From assembly GCA_029262955.1 (NCBI GenBank), contig JAJCYL010000173.1, positions 1-34,701 on the forward strand: a DNA stretch of 34,701 nucleotides. The letters run 5' to 3'. The position numbers were made by a program, and so were the translations under genes. This stretch comes from Cytophagales bacterium (lineage in GTDB: Bacteria > Bacteroidota > Bacteroidia > Cytophagales > Cyclobacteriaceae). Positions 16,652 through 24,623 of this stretch are shown here, piece after piece (the first letter of the stretch is position 1; the number at the start of each line of letters is the position of its first letter). The notes below the pieces were generated by a model. It made no database searches. It was not told where the DNA came from and saw only the letters and a list, made by a program, of their open reading frames with translations.

Positions 16652-17965
16652 CTAGAAGGAAAATCCTATTTCAAATTCCCATTGGCGCATTTTCAGTTCG
16701 ATCTCTTGCTGATCTGGTGCTTCGAAAGGGTTTGGTCCTTTCACGCTTTGAGAGAAGCCATGCATAGCAGTAAAACTGATTTCGTATTTGTCAGATAGTT
16801 CTTTGGAGAAACCTAATGTTGCGTGCTTGTCAATCACTCCTGGAGCCAGTATATTAAACATTACCTCGCTTCCTGCAATCGGTTGTTGTCCTATCGAAAA
16901 TCCACCTCTTAAAACCCAGGATTCAAATCCACTAAACTCAGTACCCAATTTGACCACAGTGATATCATTCCATCCGAATCCAGACCCTTCGTTTTCACCT
17001 AGTGCCACCTGATTGGGATTCGGAGTAAATCCACCTGAACCATCAGGAAATGCCGGTGGCAGTTCAGCAGGATTTAATGGATTACCTACTGAATTTACAT
17101 TGCTATAAAAGACTTGTTGTACATCAGCTGCAAACAGCCAATCCTGAAGTTGATAGGCTAAACCAGCTATCCATCTACTGGGAATGTCGAAGTCACCTCC
17201 CTCAGCGAATAGGCCCGCATAATCCTCGAACTCACTCATGCGGATTTTACTCTGATAAGAAGCTCCAGCAGTCAACCCCGGAGCTATTTTTCCCAAATAA
17301 CCTACTCCGAAGCCAAAGCCGGTGGAATTATCATGACCGTTATCACTGAGTCTATTTGGATCCGAGGACATGCCCATATTGCCAAATTGCTCTAGCCCTG
17401 TGGCTTTAAACCGTTGGTAAGCAAAAATACCCGAAACACCGAGGCTGTGGTTCTCACCAAATTTACGTGAATAGGTAGCATTTAAAAAAAGTTGACTAAG
17501 GTCCACTCCGGTCGGATTCGAACCGCCAAATACTGGCTGCGGATATTCCGTGTTCATACCCCCATGGCCATAAATTGCCAGTCCCAGCGCTTGATCAGCT
17601 TGAAAAGCCCAGTTTACACCTATTGACGGAATTACAAAGAATTCCTTATCACTTTCAACGCTACCGGGAGCAAGACCAAATGTTCCTGGCAATCCAGATG
17701 GGTTGCCTGTGACGGTGAACTCTCTAACGGGTATGAAGGTGGCTACATTAATGTCGACCCGGGTATCCAAAAAAGCAGCTGCAGCTGGATTAGTTGCCAC
17801 ACCTAAAGCATCCCGAAATAGTGCCACACCTGCTCCCGCGGTACCCTTAGCGCGGATACCATGACCATGGCTCAAATACCCATTGGTAGCTGAGGCTTCA
17901 GTCATTAAAAGAGCACCTGCCAAAACCAATAGAAATAGTCTCAAGTTATTGATCAGATTTTTCAT
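16652..17965 (-). CDS. FadL/TodX/OmpP1-family outer membrane transport protein for hydrophobic compounds
   Basis: Signal peptide MKNLINNLRLFLLVLAGALLMTEASA. N-terminal hatch-like segment GIRAKGTAGAGVALFRDALGVATNPAAAAFL. Gly/aromatic-rich beta-strand pattern with a terminal aromatic (EIGFSF). Confidence 0.8.
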   Translation of the reverse strand: MKNLINNLRLFLLVLAGALLMTEASATNGYLSHGHGIRAKGTAGAGVALFRDALGVATNPAAAAFLDTRVDINVATFIPVREFTVTGNPSGLPGTFGLAPGSVESDKEFFVIPSIGVNWAFQADQALGLAIYGHGGMNTEYPQPVFGGSNPTGVDLSQLFLNATYSRKFGENHSLGVSGIFAYQRFKATGLEQFGNMGMSSDPNRLSDNGHDNSTGFGFGVGYLGKIAPGLTAGASYQSKIRMSEFEDYAGLFAEGGDFDIPSRWIAGLAYQLQDWLFAADVQQVFYSNVNSVGNPLNPAELPPAFPDGSGGFTPNPNQVALGENEGSGFGWNDITVVKLGTEFSGFESWVLRGGFSIGQQPIAGSEVMFNILAPGVIDKHATLGFSKELSDKYEISFTAMHGFSQSVKGPNPFEAPDQQEIELKMRQWEFEIGFSF

Positions 17966-18124
17966 GACTCAAAAATTTAGTTTATAGTGAATCCCTGTTA
18001 GTTAGAATTTAAACCCGGATTTGTCACTAGAGTTTTGTTATGAAGGGTTAAAGCACAAGAAAATCAAGTACTTAGGTCGAGGAGATCTATGAAGGACAGT
18101 TTAACAATCTCCAACAACACCCTT

Positions 18125-18646
18125 CTAAACGAAAATTATTTGAGATCCCTCACCTTCTGCTAAGGCGTACATATCACCAACAGTTATGATATCCTTAACC
18201 TCATCAATCAAATCCTCTTTATTGAGATGAAACATATCCGCAGCGAGTTTGCAAGCATAAATTTCTCCACCACTTGCATCAATAATCTCAAGGAATTCAC
18301 TCACCTCAGGAATATCAAGTTTGTCCATCTCTTTTTTCATCATCGTTGAAGCTAAAGCTTCGAATCCGGGTAATCCACCAATCATTGTAGGCAAATTCCG
18401 CATGAAAGCAGGATTCCCTACCGTGGCAGTATGAAGATGATCCGACTTGACTTTGGTGATAGCATCGAGACCAAAGAAGGTAAAAAACATCTTGGCTTCC
18501 ATACCCTCCATGAGTGCACCATTAGCCATAATTAGCGCCGCATAGACGTCCTCTAAAGTACCTCTGGCGCATATTACCAAAACTTTCTTGACCGGCTTTT
18601 TTTCTTGTTGGTCAACTACTGGTTTATTTTCTAAAACAGTTTCCAT
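18125..18646 (-). CDS. DsrE/DsrF-like family sulfur-relay protein (single-domain, DsrE_2-like)
   Basis: 173 aa. Contains KKVLVICARGTLEDVYAALIMANGAL ... FFTFFGLDAI, and the conserved Cys context GGEIYACKLAADMF. Confidence 0.7.
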   Translation of the reverse strand: METVLENKPVVDQQEKKPVKKVLVICARGTLEDVYAALIMANGALMEGMEAKMFFTFFGLDAITKVKSDHLHTATVGNPAFMRNLPTMIGGLPGFEALASTMMKKEMDKLDIPEVSEFLEIIDASGGEIYACKLAADMFHLNKEDLIDEVKDIITVGDMYALAEGEGSQIIFV

Positions 18647-18696
18647 GATTTTATCTTTATGTGTTACAAAAAAGTTAGTTTAGATAAGGCCCACTT

Positions 18697-19008
18697 TTAG
18701 ACGCAGCTTACTGGTTTCGGAATCCCGGCTATTCGGCTAGATTTCTTGAGTGGTCCACCTGGAAATAGTTTGTAGAATTCCTTAATGTCTACTACTCCCG
18801 ATTTACCGACCTTTCGAATGCTTATAGGAACACCCTCGTTATGCTTTGCTCTCAAATAATTGAGCACTTCAAAATGCCTGTCTGTCAACTGGATATTCTC
18901 TTCTTGAGCTATCTGCTGTGCGACATCTTCAGTCCACTGAGTGGTATCAATTAGATACCCCTCTTCGTTGACGTCAACTGTGTTTCCTGCTATTGTTAAT
19001 TGTGACAT
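18697..19008 (-). CDS. TusE/DsrC-family sulfur carrier protein (single C-terminal Cys, TusE-like)
   Basis: C-terminal arm FPGGPLKKSSRIAGIPKPVSCV matches the DsrC/TusE ending (...AGLPKPxGCV). The upstream arm cysteine of true DsrC is Ser here. ATG 19008 (MSQLTIAG...) is preferred over the ORF track start at 19047. Confidence 0.8.
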   Translation of the reverse strand: MSQLTIAGNTVDVNEEGYLIDTTQWTEDVAQQIAQEENIQLTDRHFEVLNYLRAKHNEGVPISIRKVGKSGVVDIKEFYKLFPGGPLKKSSRIAGIPKPVSCV

Positions 19009-19057
19009 GATTTTATGTTTTGTGGTTATTAGATATTTAAAACTCAATATTCATTAT

Positions 19058-20299
19058 TTATACTTCAACCTCTTTACCCGCCATTGACATCTCTGTTGAA
19101 ACAGGTAAGGTTTTACCTGTCAGGAGCATGTGCCAATAGATCCACTTGAAAAACATCTTACCCATATGATTCAGCCTGGTAACCTTGAGTAAACCCATAG
19201 GGCCTACTACAGGGAAAGGGTATTTTCCTGGTAATGGTTCTGTATCGTAGTTGAAATCAATCAGGGTTGCTTTACCAAATCCCGTCTCAATAAAACAATT
19301 GGCGTGACCATCAAATTTTGCGGATAGTGGCCTTCCAGCAACATAATCAAGGATATTCTCGGTTAGTATTTCCGCTTCAAAGTGGGCGACTGCACCAGCC
19401 TTTGAAGTAGGCACATTAGTCGCATCTCCTATTATAAAAATATTTTCGTAATTCTTGGATTGCAAAGTGTGTTTGTCGGTTGGGATAAAATTTAGATCAT
19501 CCTCATCACCCATCCCACTATTCTCCACCATATCGTCGCCTTTATTAACCGGTACGGACACCAGCAAATCAAAAGGCACTTCAATTCCCTCATAAGAGAT
19601 AAGTGTCTTTTTTTCTTCATCAACACTTTCGAGATAAAAGTCAGGAATGACATTTATCTGTTTTTCCTCCAGTAACTCACTTAGCATCGCCGTGGCTTTT
19701 GGTTTCGTGAAAGCTCCAGAAAGTGGGGTCACGTAAACAATCTCCACTTTATCCCGCATACCTTTTTCAGTAAAATAAGCATCAGCAAGAAATGCAAATT
19801 CAAGCGGGGCAACGGGGCATTTGAAAATTGTTTCGGCCAGATTAATTACTAATCGGCCTCCCTTCCAGTCTTTAAGTTTTTCAGCTAATTTTGTCGCCCC
19901 TTCGAAAGTATAAAAATCAAATATGTCTTTATACCAAAGTTTCCCTTTCAGGCCTTCTGTTTCTTCAGGTCTTGGAGTGCTTCCTGTAGCGATTATTAAT
20001 AAGTCATAGGATAAGGCTTCTCCATTTTTGAGATTTACCGTATTCTTTTCAGGCTCGATTTTCTTGACCTCTTCAAAAATTGCGTTTATGCCTTTTGGAA
20101 AGAACTCTCGCTTAGGTTTGACAACTTCCTCCTTTTGGTACATTCCAAAGGGAATAAAAAGGAAACCTGGCTGATAATAATGCAATTCATCTTTATCAAC
20201 AATGGTTATTTCCCAATCACGCTTGTCAAGTTTCTTATGGAGCTTATTCAGCATCATGGTTCCTGCAGTGCCTGCTCCTATGATCAATAGTTTTTTCAT
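19058..20299 (-). CDS. FAD-dependent pyridine nucleotide-disulfide oxidoreductase, sulfide:quinone oxidoreductase-like
   Basis: Rossmann motif KKLLIIGAGTAGT, then HYYQPGFLFIPFG. Cys motifs FKCPVAPLEF and GHANCFIETGFG sit at positions analogous to the SQR redox cysteines. Second dinucleotide motif IFIIGDATN. Confidence 0.7.
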   Translation of the reverse strand: MKKLLIIGAGTAGTMMLNKLHKKLDKRDWEITIVDKDELHYYQPGFLFIPFGMYQKEEVVKPKREFFPKGINAIFEEVKKIEPEKNTVNLKNGEALSYDLLIIATGSTPRPEETEGLKGKLWYKDIFDFYTFEGATKLAEKLKDWKGGRLVINLAETIFKCPVAPLEFAFLADAYFTEKGMRDKVEIVYVTPLSGAFTKPKATAMLSELLEEKQINVIPDFYLESVDEEKKTLISYEGIEVPFDLLVSVPVNKGDDMVENSGMGDEDDLNFIPTDKHTLQSKNYENIFIIGDATNVPTSKAGAVAHFEAEILTENILDYVAGRPLSAKFDGHANCFIETGFGKATLIDFNYDTEPLPGKYPFPVVGPMGLLKVTRLNHMGKMFFKWIYWHMLLTGKTLPVSTEMSMAGKEVEV

Positions 20300-20539
20300 C
20301 CTGATAGGATTTTAATGAATAAGTAAGCTAAATAAGTGACCCAGGATTGAATTAATTATGACCATCATCAGTCACCGGGGTGAGTGTTGTCAGTTGGCAT
20401 TGGAATCACATCCTTTAACTGTCCCTTCTTAATTCCCATCTCTGGATTGAGCAATCTCATAAATCTGGATGACTGATTTCATATAGCCGTGGTAAGTGAT
20501 GTAGTAGCTTTATCTAATTACTATTAAAATACCACGACG

Positions 20540-21169
20540 ATGAAAAACAAAATTCAAGATTTACTGTATTACGGAGCAGGATTAGCAATTATTGCCAAAG
20601 AGAAAATAGAGCATCTACTGGATGATATTATTGAAAGTGACCCGGAGATCAGGAAGGTAGGAGAGGAAGGTGTCAAAGGAATAATCACCAGGTCTGATGA
20701 GGCCAAAAAATCGTTTGAGAAATGGTTAGATGAAGTAACTTCAGAAATTTCTGAAAAAAGCGGTGCAACAAAGGAAGTCGTTTCAGATTTTATTGCAGAG
20801 ACATTAGCTAAACCCATCCACAAGAAGCACGATTTGGAGGCCAAAATTAAGGAAACCTCTCTCCATATTTCTGAAAAGGCCTCAATCACTTATGAGGAAG
20901 CCAAAGAACGGGTTGAAGGATTGGTGGCCGATTTGCATGACTTCAAATCTGAAGTCACAAACAAATTGGAAAACAGTGCCCTCGATCTGGAAAAAAAGGC
21001 AAAAAACATTAAAGATTCAGGCGAAAACTTCTGGGACGAATTCAAAACCCGATGCGAATCTGGAGAAACAGAAGTTAAGTCAAGTTTGAGCAGACTGGGA
21101 TCCAAACTGAGGAAACGGCTACATATCGCCGATGCTTCAGAAAAAGAAAGCATGGAGAATCATTACTAG
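20540..21169 (+). CDS. Hypothetical highly charged helical protein (phasin-like N-terminus)
   Basis: 209 aa, rich in Glu and Lys, predicted all-helical. The N-terminus LLYYGAGLAIIAKEKIEHLLDDIIE resembles phasin-type regulator proteins. Codon usage is consistent with the neighbouring genes. Confidence 0.5.
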   Translation: MKNKIQDLLYYGAGLAIIAKEKIEHLLDDIIESDPEIRKVGEEGVKGIITRSDEAKKSFEKWLDEVTSEISEKSGATKEVVSDFIAETLAKPIHKKHDLEAKIKETSLHISEKASITYEEAKERVEGLVADLHDFKSEVTNKLENSALDLEKKAKNIKDSGENFWDEFKTRCESGETEVKSSLSRLGSKLRKRLHIADASEKESMENHY

Positions 21170-21281
21170 CAAACCAACAATAAGAAATGAAGGGGCAGTT
21201 AACCAAAACAACGGTAGACCAAAATAATGATTCGCTAATGCGTGTTGGTTGCTGCTCCATCATAGTATCCACTAAATTATT

Positions 21282-23075
21282 ATGAAAGAAAGTCTAAGGA
21301 CCTATTTGTTTTTTACCGGAAAAGGAGGTGTTGGAAAAACATCACTGGCCTGTGCTACCGCCGTTCAAATGGCTGATGCCGGTAAAGTGGTGTTGTTGGT
21401 AAGCACCGATCCGGCATCCAATTTAAAAGATGTATTGGAAAGCACTGTGGATGAAAAAGTTAAGCCTATAAAAGGAATCAATAATCTCTTTGCCATTAAC
21501 ATAGATCCTGAAAATGCAGCTGAAGAATATCGCAATCGCGTCACACAACCATTGGAAGGTATTGCATCCAAAGAAGAGATAAAAAAAATCAGAGAAGACC
21601 TGTCTGGTGCCTGCACTACTGAAATAGCCTCTTTTGATGAATTTTCTCGTTTTGTGTCCAGTGAAACTGATGTAGAAAAATATGATACGATCATCTTTGA
21701 CACTGCACCCACAGGACATACGTTAAGGTTGCTTGAATTACCCGCAGCCTGGTCTGGATTTACAGAGGAAAATCCGGATGGAGCCTCCTGCCTTGGTCCT
21801 ACATCCGCCCTCAAAAGCGGTAAGGAAAGATACCATAGGGTCGTAGCACGGTTGAGGGACACATCCTGTACAACATGCTACATTGTAGCAAGAGCAGATA
21901 AAGCATCCCTTAAAGAAGCTTCCCGAACCAGTGAGGAGTTAAAAGACTTGGGAATGAACAATCAACGATTATACATCAATGGTGTTTTTGAGGCCATTGA
22001 TCCTAATGATATGCTAGCCCAAAAAATAGAAAATTTAGCAAATGAGCAGCTCAGCGCAATTCCACCTAATTTGAAACAATTAGATACCAGGCAATTTCCC
22101 ATGCTCCCTTATAATGTTCTGGGTATTGAGAAACTCCGCTCACTTTTCAATCTTGAATTTCAGAAAAAATTTACTCAGAAAACCATAATTAAGCGAGAAA
22201 ACACCCAACAACTATTGGCAGGTATCGACCAATTGGCAGAAGACCTATGCTCCGAACAACAGCATGGTCTCATTATGACCATGGGTAAAGGAGGAGTTGG
22301 TAAAACCCTGGCTGCATCTGCCATAGCGGTATTGCTTGCTAAAAAGGGATTTGAAGTGCTTTTAACTACCACAGATCCTGCTGCACATATTCATGACTTT
22401 ATCAACCAGCTGGGTGAACTTCCCGCTACGTTGACTATTGAGCGAATTGATCCGAAAATAGAAACGGCACGCTATACTGAAAAGATATTGGAACAAAGAG
22501 GAAAGGGAATGGACGATGCAGGCAAGAAACTAATGCTGGAAGATCTAAAATCACCATGTACCGAAGAGGTTGCTGTCTTCCATGCTTTCTCAAAAGCCAT
22601 AAATATGGCCAAAAGAAAATTTGTAGTGATAGATACAGCTCCAACGGGACATACCCTGCTTCTATTAGACGCCACCGGAAGTTACCATCATGACATTATG
22701 CGAAACAATGCGAATGCAGACCGACTAAGAACACCCTACATGGCTTTGCAAGACCCTGAATTATCGAAAATAATTCTCGTTTCCCTGCCCGAAACCACAC
22801 CTATGCGAGAAGCAGCCTCTTTGCAGGAAGATTTGACACGGGCAGGTATAAAACCATATGCATGGTTAATCAACCAGAGTCTTTCCATGCTATCAGGAAT
22901 CTCAGACCCATTACTGAAAAGTCGTGCGAATGCAGAAACAGAAATCATTCAAACCATTAAAACAGAATATGCAGAAAGGACTTTTGGGATCCCATTTATT
23001 GCGGAACAACAATTACTCTCCTCGTTATTCAGTGCGCATTTGAAAATGCCCTATTCATCAATCAAAGTCAATTGA
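21282..23075 (+). CDS. arsA: Arsenite/antimonite-stimulated ATPase ArsA (two-domain A1-A2)
   Basis: Two P-loops (GKGGVGKTS and GKGGVGKTL) and two DTAPTGHT signal-transduction motifs. Three Cys contexts match the metalloid site as I recall it from R773 ArsA: SGACTTEIASFDEF, GASCLGP and SPCTEEVAVFHAF. Confidence 0.9.
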   Translation: MKESLRTYLFFTGKGGVGKTSLACATAVQMADAGKVVLLVSTDPASNLKDVLESTVDEKVKPIKGINNLFAINIDPENAAEEYRNRVTQPLEGIASKEEIKKIREDLSGACTTEIASFDEFSRFVSSETDVEKYDTIIFDTAPTGHTLRLLELPAAWSGFTEENPDGASCLGPTSALKSGKERYHRVVARLRDTSCTTCYIVARADKASLKEASRTSEELKDLGMNNQRLYINGVFEAIDPNDMLAQKIENLANEQLSAIPPNLKQLDTRQFPMLPYNVLGIEKLRSLFNLEFQKKFTQKTIIKRENTQQLLAGIDQLAEDLCSEQQHGLIMTMGKGGVGKTLAASAIAVLLAKKGFEVLLTTTDPAAHIHDFINQLGELPATLTIERIDPKIETARYTEKILEQRGKGMDDAGKKLMLEDLKSPCTEEVAVFHAFSKAINMAKRKFVVIDTAPTGHTLLLLDATGSYHHDIMRNNANADRLRTPYMALQDPELSKIILVSLPETTPMREAASLQEDLTRAGIKPYAWLINQSLSMLSGISDPLLKSRANAETEIIQTIKTEYAERTFGIPFIAEQQLLSSLFSAHLKMPYSSIKVN

Positions 23076-23121
23076 CAGAGGTAATGACTTCATTAGATGA
23101 AAGGAGCCTGGTTCATATGGA

Positions 23122-24402
23122 TCATTCTGCATTTTTGAATACCAACTTCTGCAAATCTGAACTTGCCGGACTCTCAAATATTTCAAGATCAAAATGCCTT
23201 GCTGTTGCCATGATATGATCAAAAATATCTGATTGTATTCCCTCATATTCTATCCAGGTTTTAATGCGAGAGAAACAGTAGATCTCCAAAGGGATGCCTG
23301 TTTCTGTAGGTTCCAACTGCCTAACCATGTGTGTCATATCAAGATTGATATTTGGATTATTCTTTAGTGTATTTAGAATATATACTCGAAATATGCCAAT
23401 ATTGGTCATCCTGCGACCATTTACGATAGACATCTCCGTATTCGCATTCATTTCAGTATTGAAGGTCAGGATTTCATCCGTTTTTTTTTCGATATGCTCT
23501 CTAATCAATTCCATTTTAGCATATCGGGTGAGCATCTCGTCATCACAAAACCTCACAGAGGATATCTTGAAATTTATAGAACGCTTTATCCTCCTCCCCC
23601 CGCTATCCTGCATACCTCGCCAGTTTTTAAAGCTGTCACTTACGAAAGAGTATGTTGGAACTGTAGATATGGTCATATCCCAATTGCTTACTTTAATTGT
23701 TGTGAGGTAAATCCCTACTACATCTCCATCGGCACCATACTTGGGAACTGAAACCCAATCACCAATTCGAACCATGTCATTAATAGTAAGCTGTAAGCTG
23801 GCAATAAATCCAAGGAGGGTGTCCTTAAAAATCAAAAGTACAACAGCGGAAACAGCACCAAGTGCCCCGAAAAGTGCCAGTGGGTTACGATCAATCAAAA
23901 TGGACAGTATGAAAATGACACCTATTGTCCAAACAATGATTTTGGCAAGCTGAGTAAAACTGGCAATGGGCCTATCCTTAAATTTGCTGGATGTGCTATA
24001 GTAAACATTAGAAGCTGAAATTGCCGAAATGATGATCCGAATCACAACCAGAGCTATATACGCTGAGGTAAGGGTTTCAATGGTCGGGATCCAGGTTGGA
24101 TAATCTGAAAAAATCAATGGTAAAACACCCGTAACGTAGATGGCTGGAATAATGAGAGGCAATTTTGCAAAAGCCCCGTCTAAGAGTACATTACTCCATT
24201 GGGCAGATGCCCGTCTTTCTACCTTATTAATGAGTTTGTTGATTACAAGTTGGGCTATTTTCCATAGGAGGATTGCAACAAGCCCGGTAGCTAAAATCAG
24301 AATAACCATTTTAAGTAGCTGTGCCTGATTCTGATTGATGTCGAAATTGCTCAGTAGCCAATCTTCAAGGAATTTGGCAAAATTTGTTTCTTTTTCAGTC
24401 AT
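23122..24402 (-). CDS. Mechanosensitive ion channel family protein (MscS-like)
   Basis: Several N-terminal TM helices, followed by the MscS beta-domain pattern RIGDWVSVPKYGADGDVVGIYLTTIKVSNWDMTISTVPTYSF. Confidence 0.85.
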   Translation of the reverse strand: MTEKETNFAKFLEDWLLSNFDINQNQAQLLKMVILILATGLVAILLWKIAQLVINKLINKVERRASAQWSNVLLDGAFAKLPLIIPAIYVTGVLPLIFSDYPTWIPTIETLTSAYIALVVIRIIISAISASNVYYSTSSKFKDRPIASFTQLAKIIVWTIGVIFILSILIDRNPLALFGALGAVSAVVLLIFKDTLLGFIASLQLTINDMVRIGDWVSVPKYGADGDVVGIYLTTIKVSNWDMTISTVPTYSFVSDSFKNWRGMQDSGGRRIKRSINFKISSVRFCDDEMLTRYAKMELIREHIEKKTDEILTFNTEMNANTEMSIVNGRRMTNIGIFRVYILNTLKNNPNINLDMTHMVRQLEPTETGIPLEIYCFSRIKTWIEYEGIQSDIFDHIMATARHFDLEIFESPASSDLQKLVFKNAE

Positions 24403-24623
24403 TACATCTGGTTAGTCAAGGTACATCATCTCAATTGTCCTACACAAACTACAAATGGCGATGGCCATCTTGCCATTTTTTCAAAAAGCAAAGTACTTCG
24501 GCCTATTCAACCATTCTTCACAGTCAATCAACACACAATCCAAAAAGTTCATCCTTAAAAACCTGCATTAGCTCTGATGCTACTTTTTGCCCATATACTA
24601 CTGCATTAACTTCAATATTCAAG

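Noticed and set aside
17513-17523. GGATTCGAACC, the reverse complement of the canonical tRNA T-arm GGTTCGAATCC
   Set aside because: It sits inside the FadL-family CDS and codes for GGSNPTG in frame. No acceptor, D-arm or anticodon-arm complementarity is visible around it, so it is a coincidence.
24454-24481. Hairpin AATGGC-(GATGGCCATCTT)-GCCATT followed by TTTTT, containing the 10-bp palindrome GATGGCCATC
   Set aside because: The T-run is on the plus strand, where no gene ends. For glgP (minus strand) it lies about 145 nt past the stop and has only a short U-run. This is not convincing as a terminator for either neighbour.
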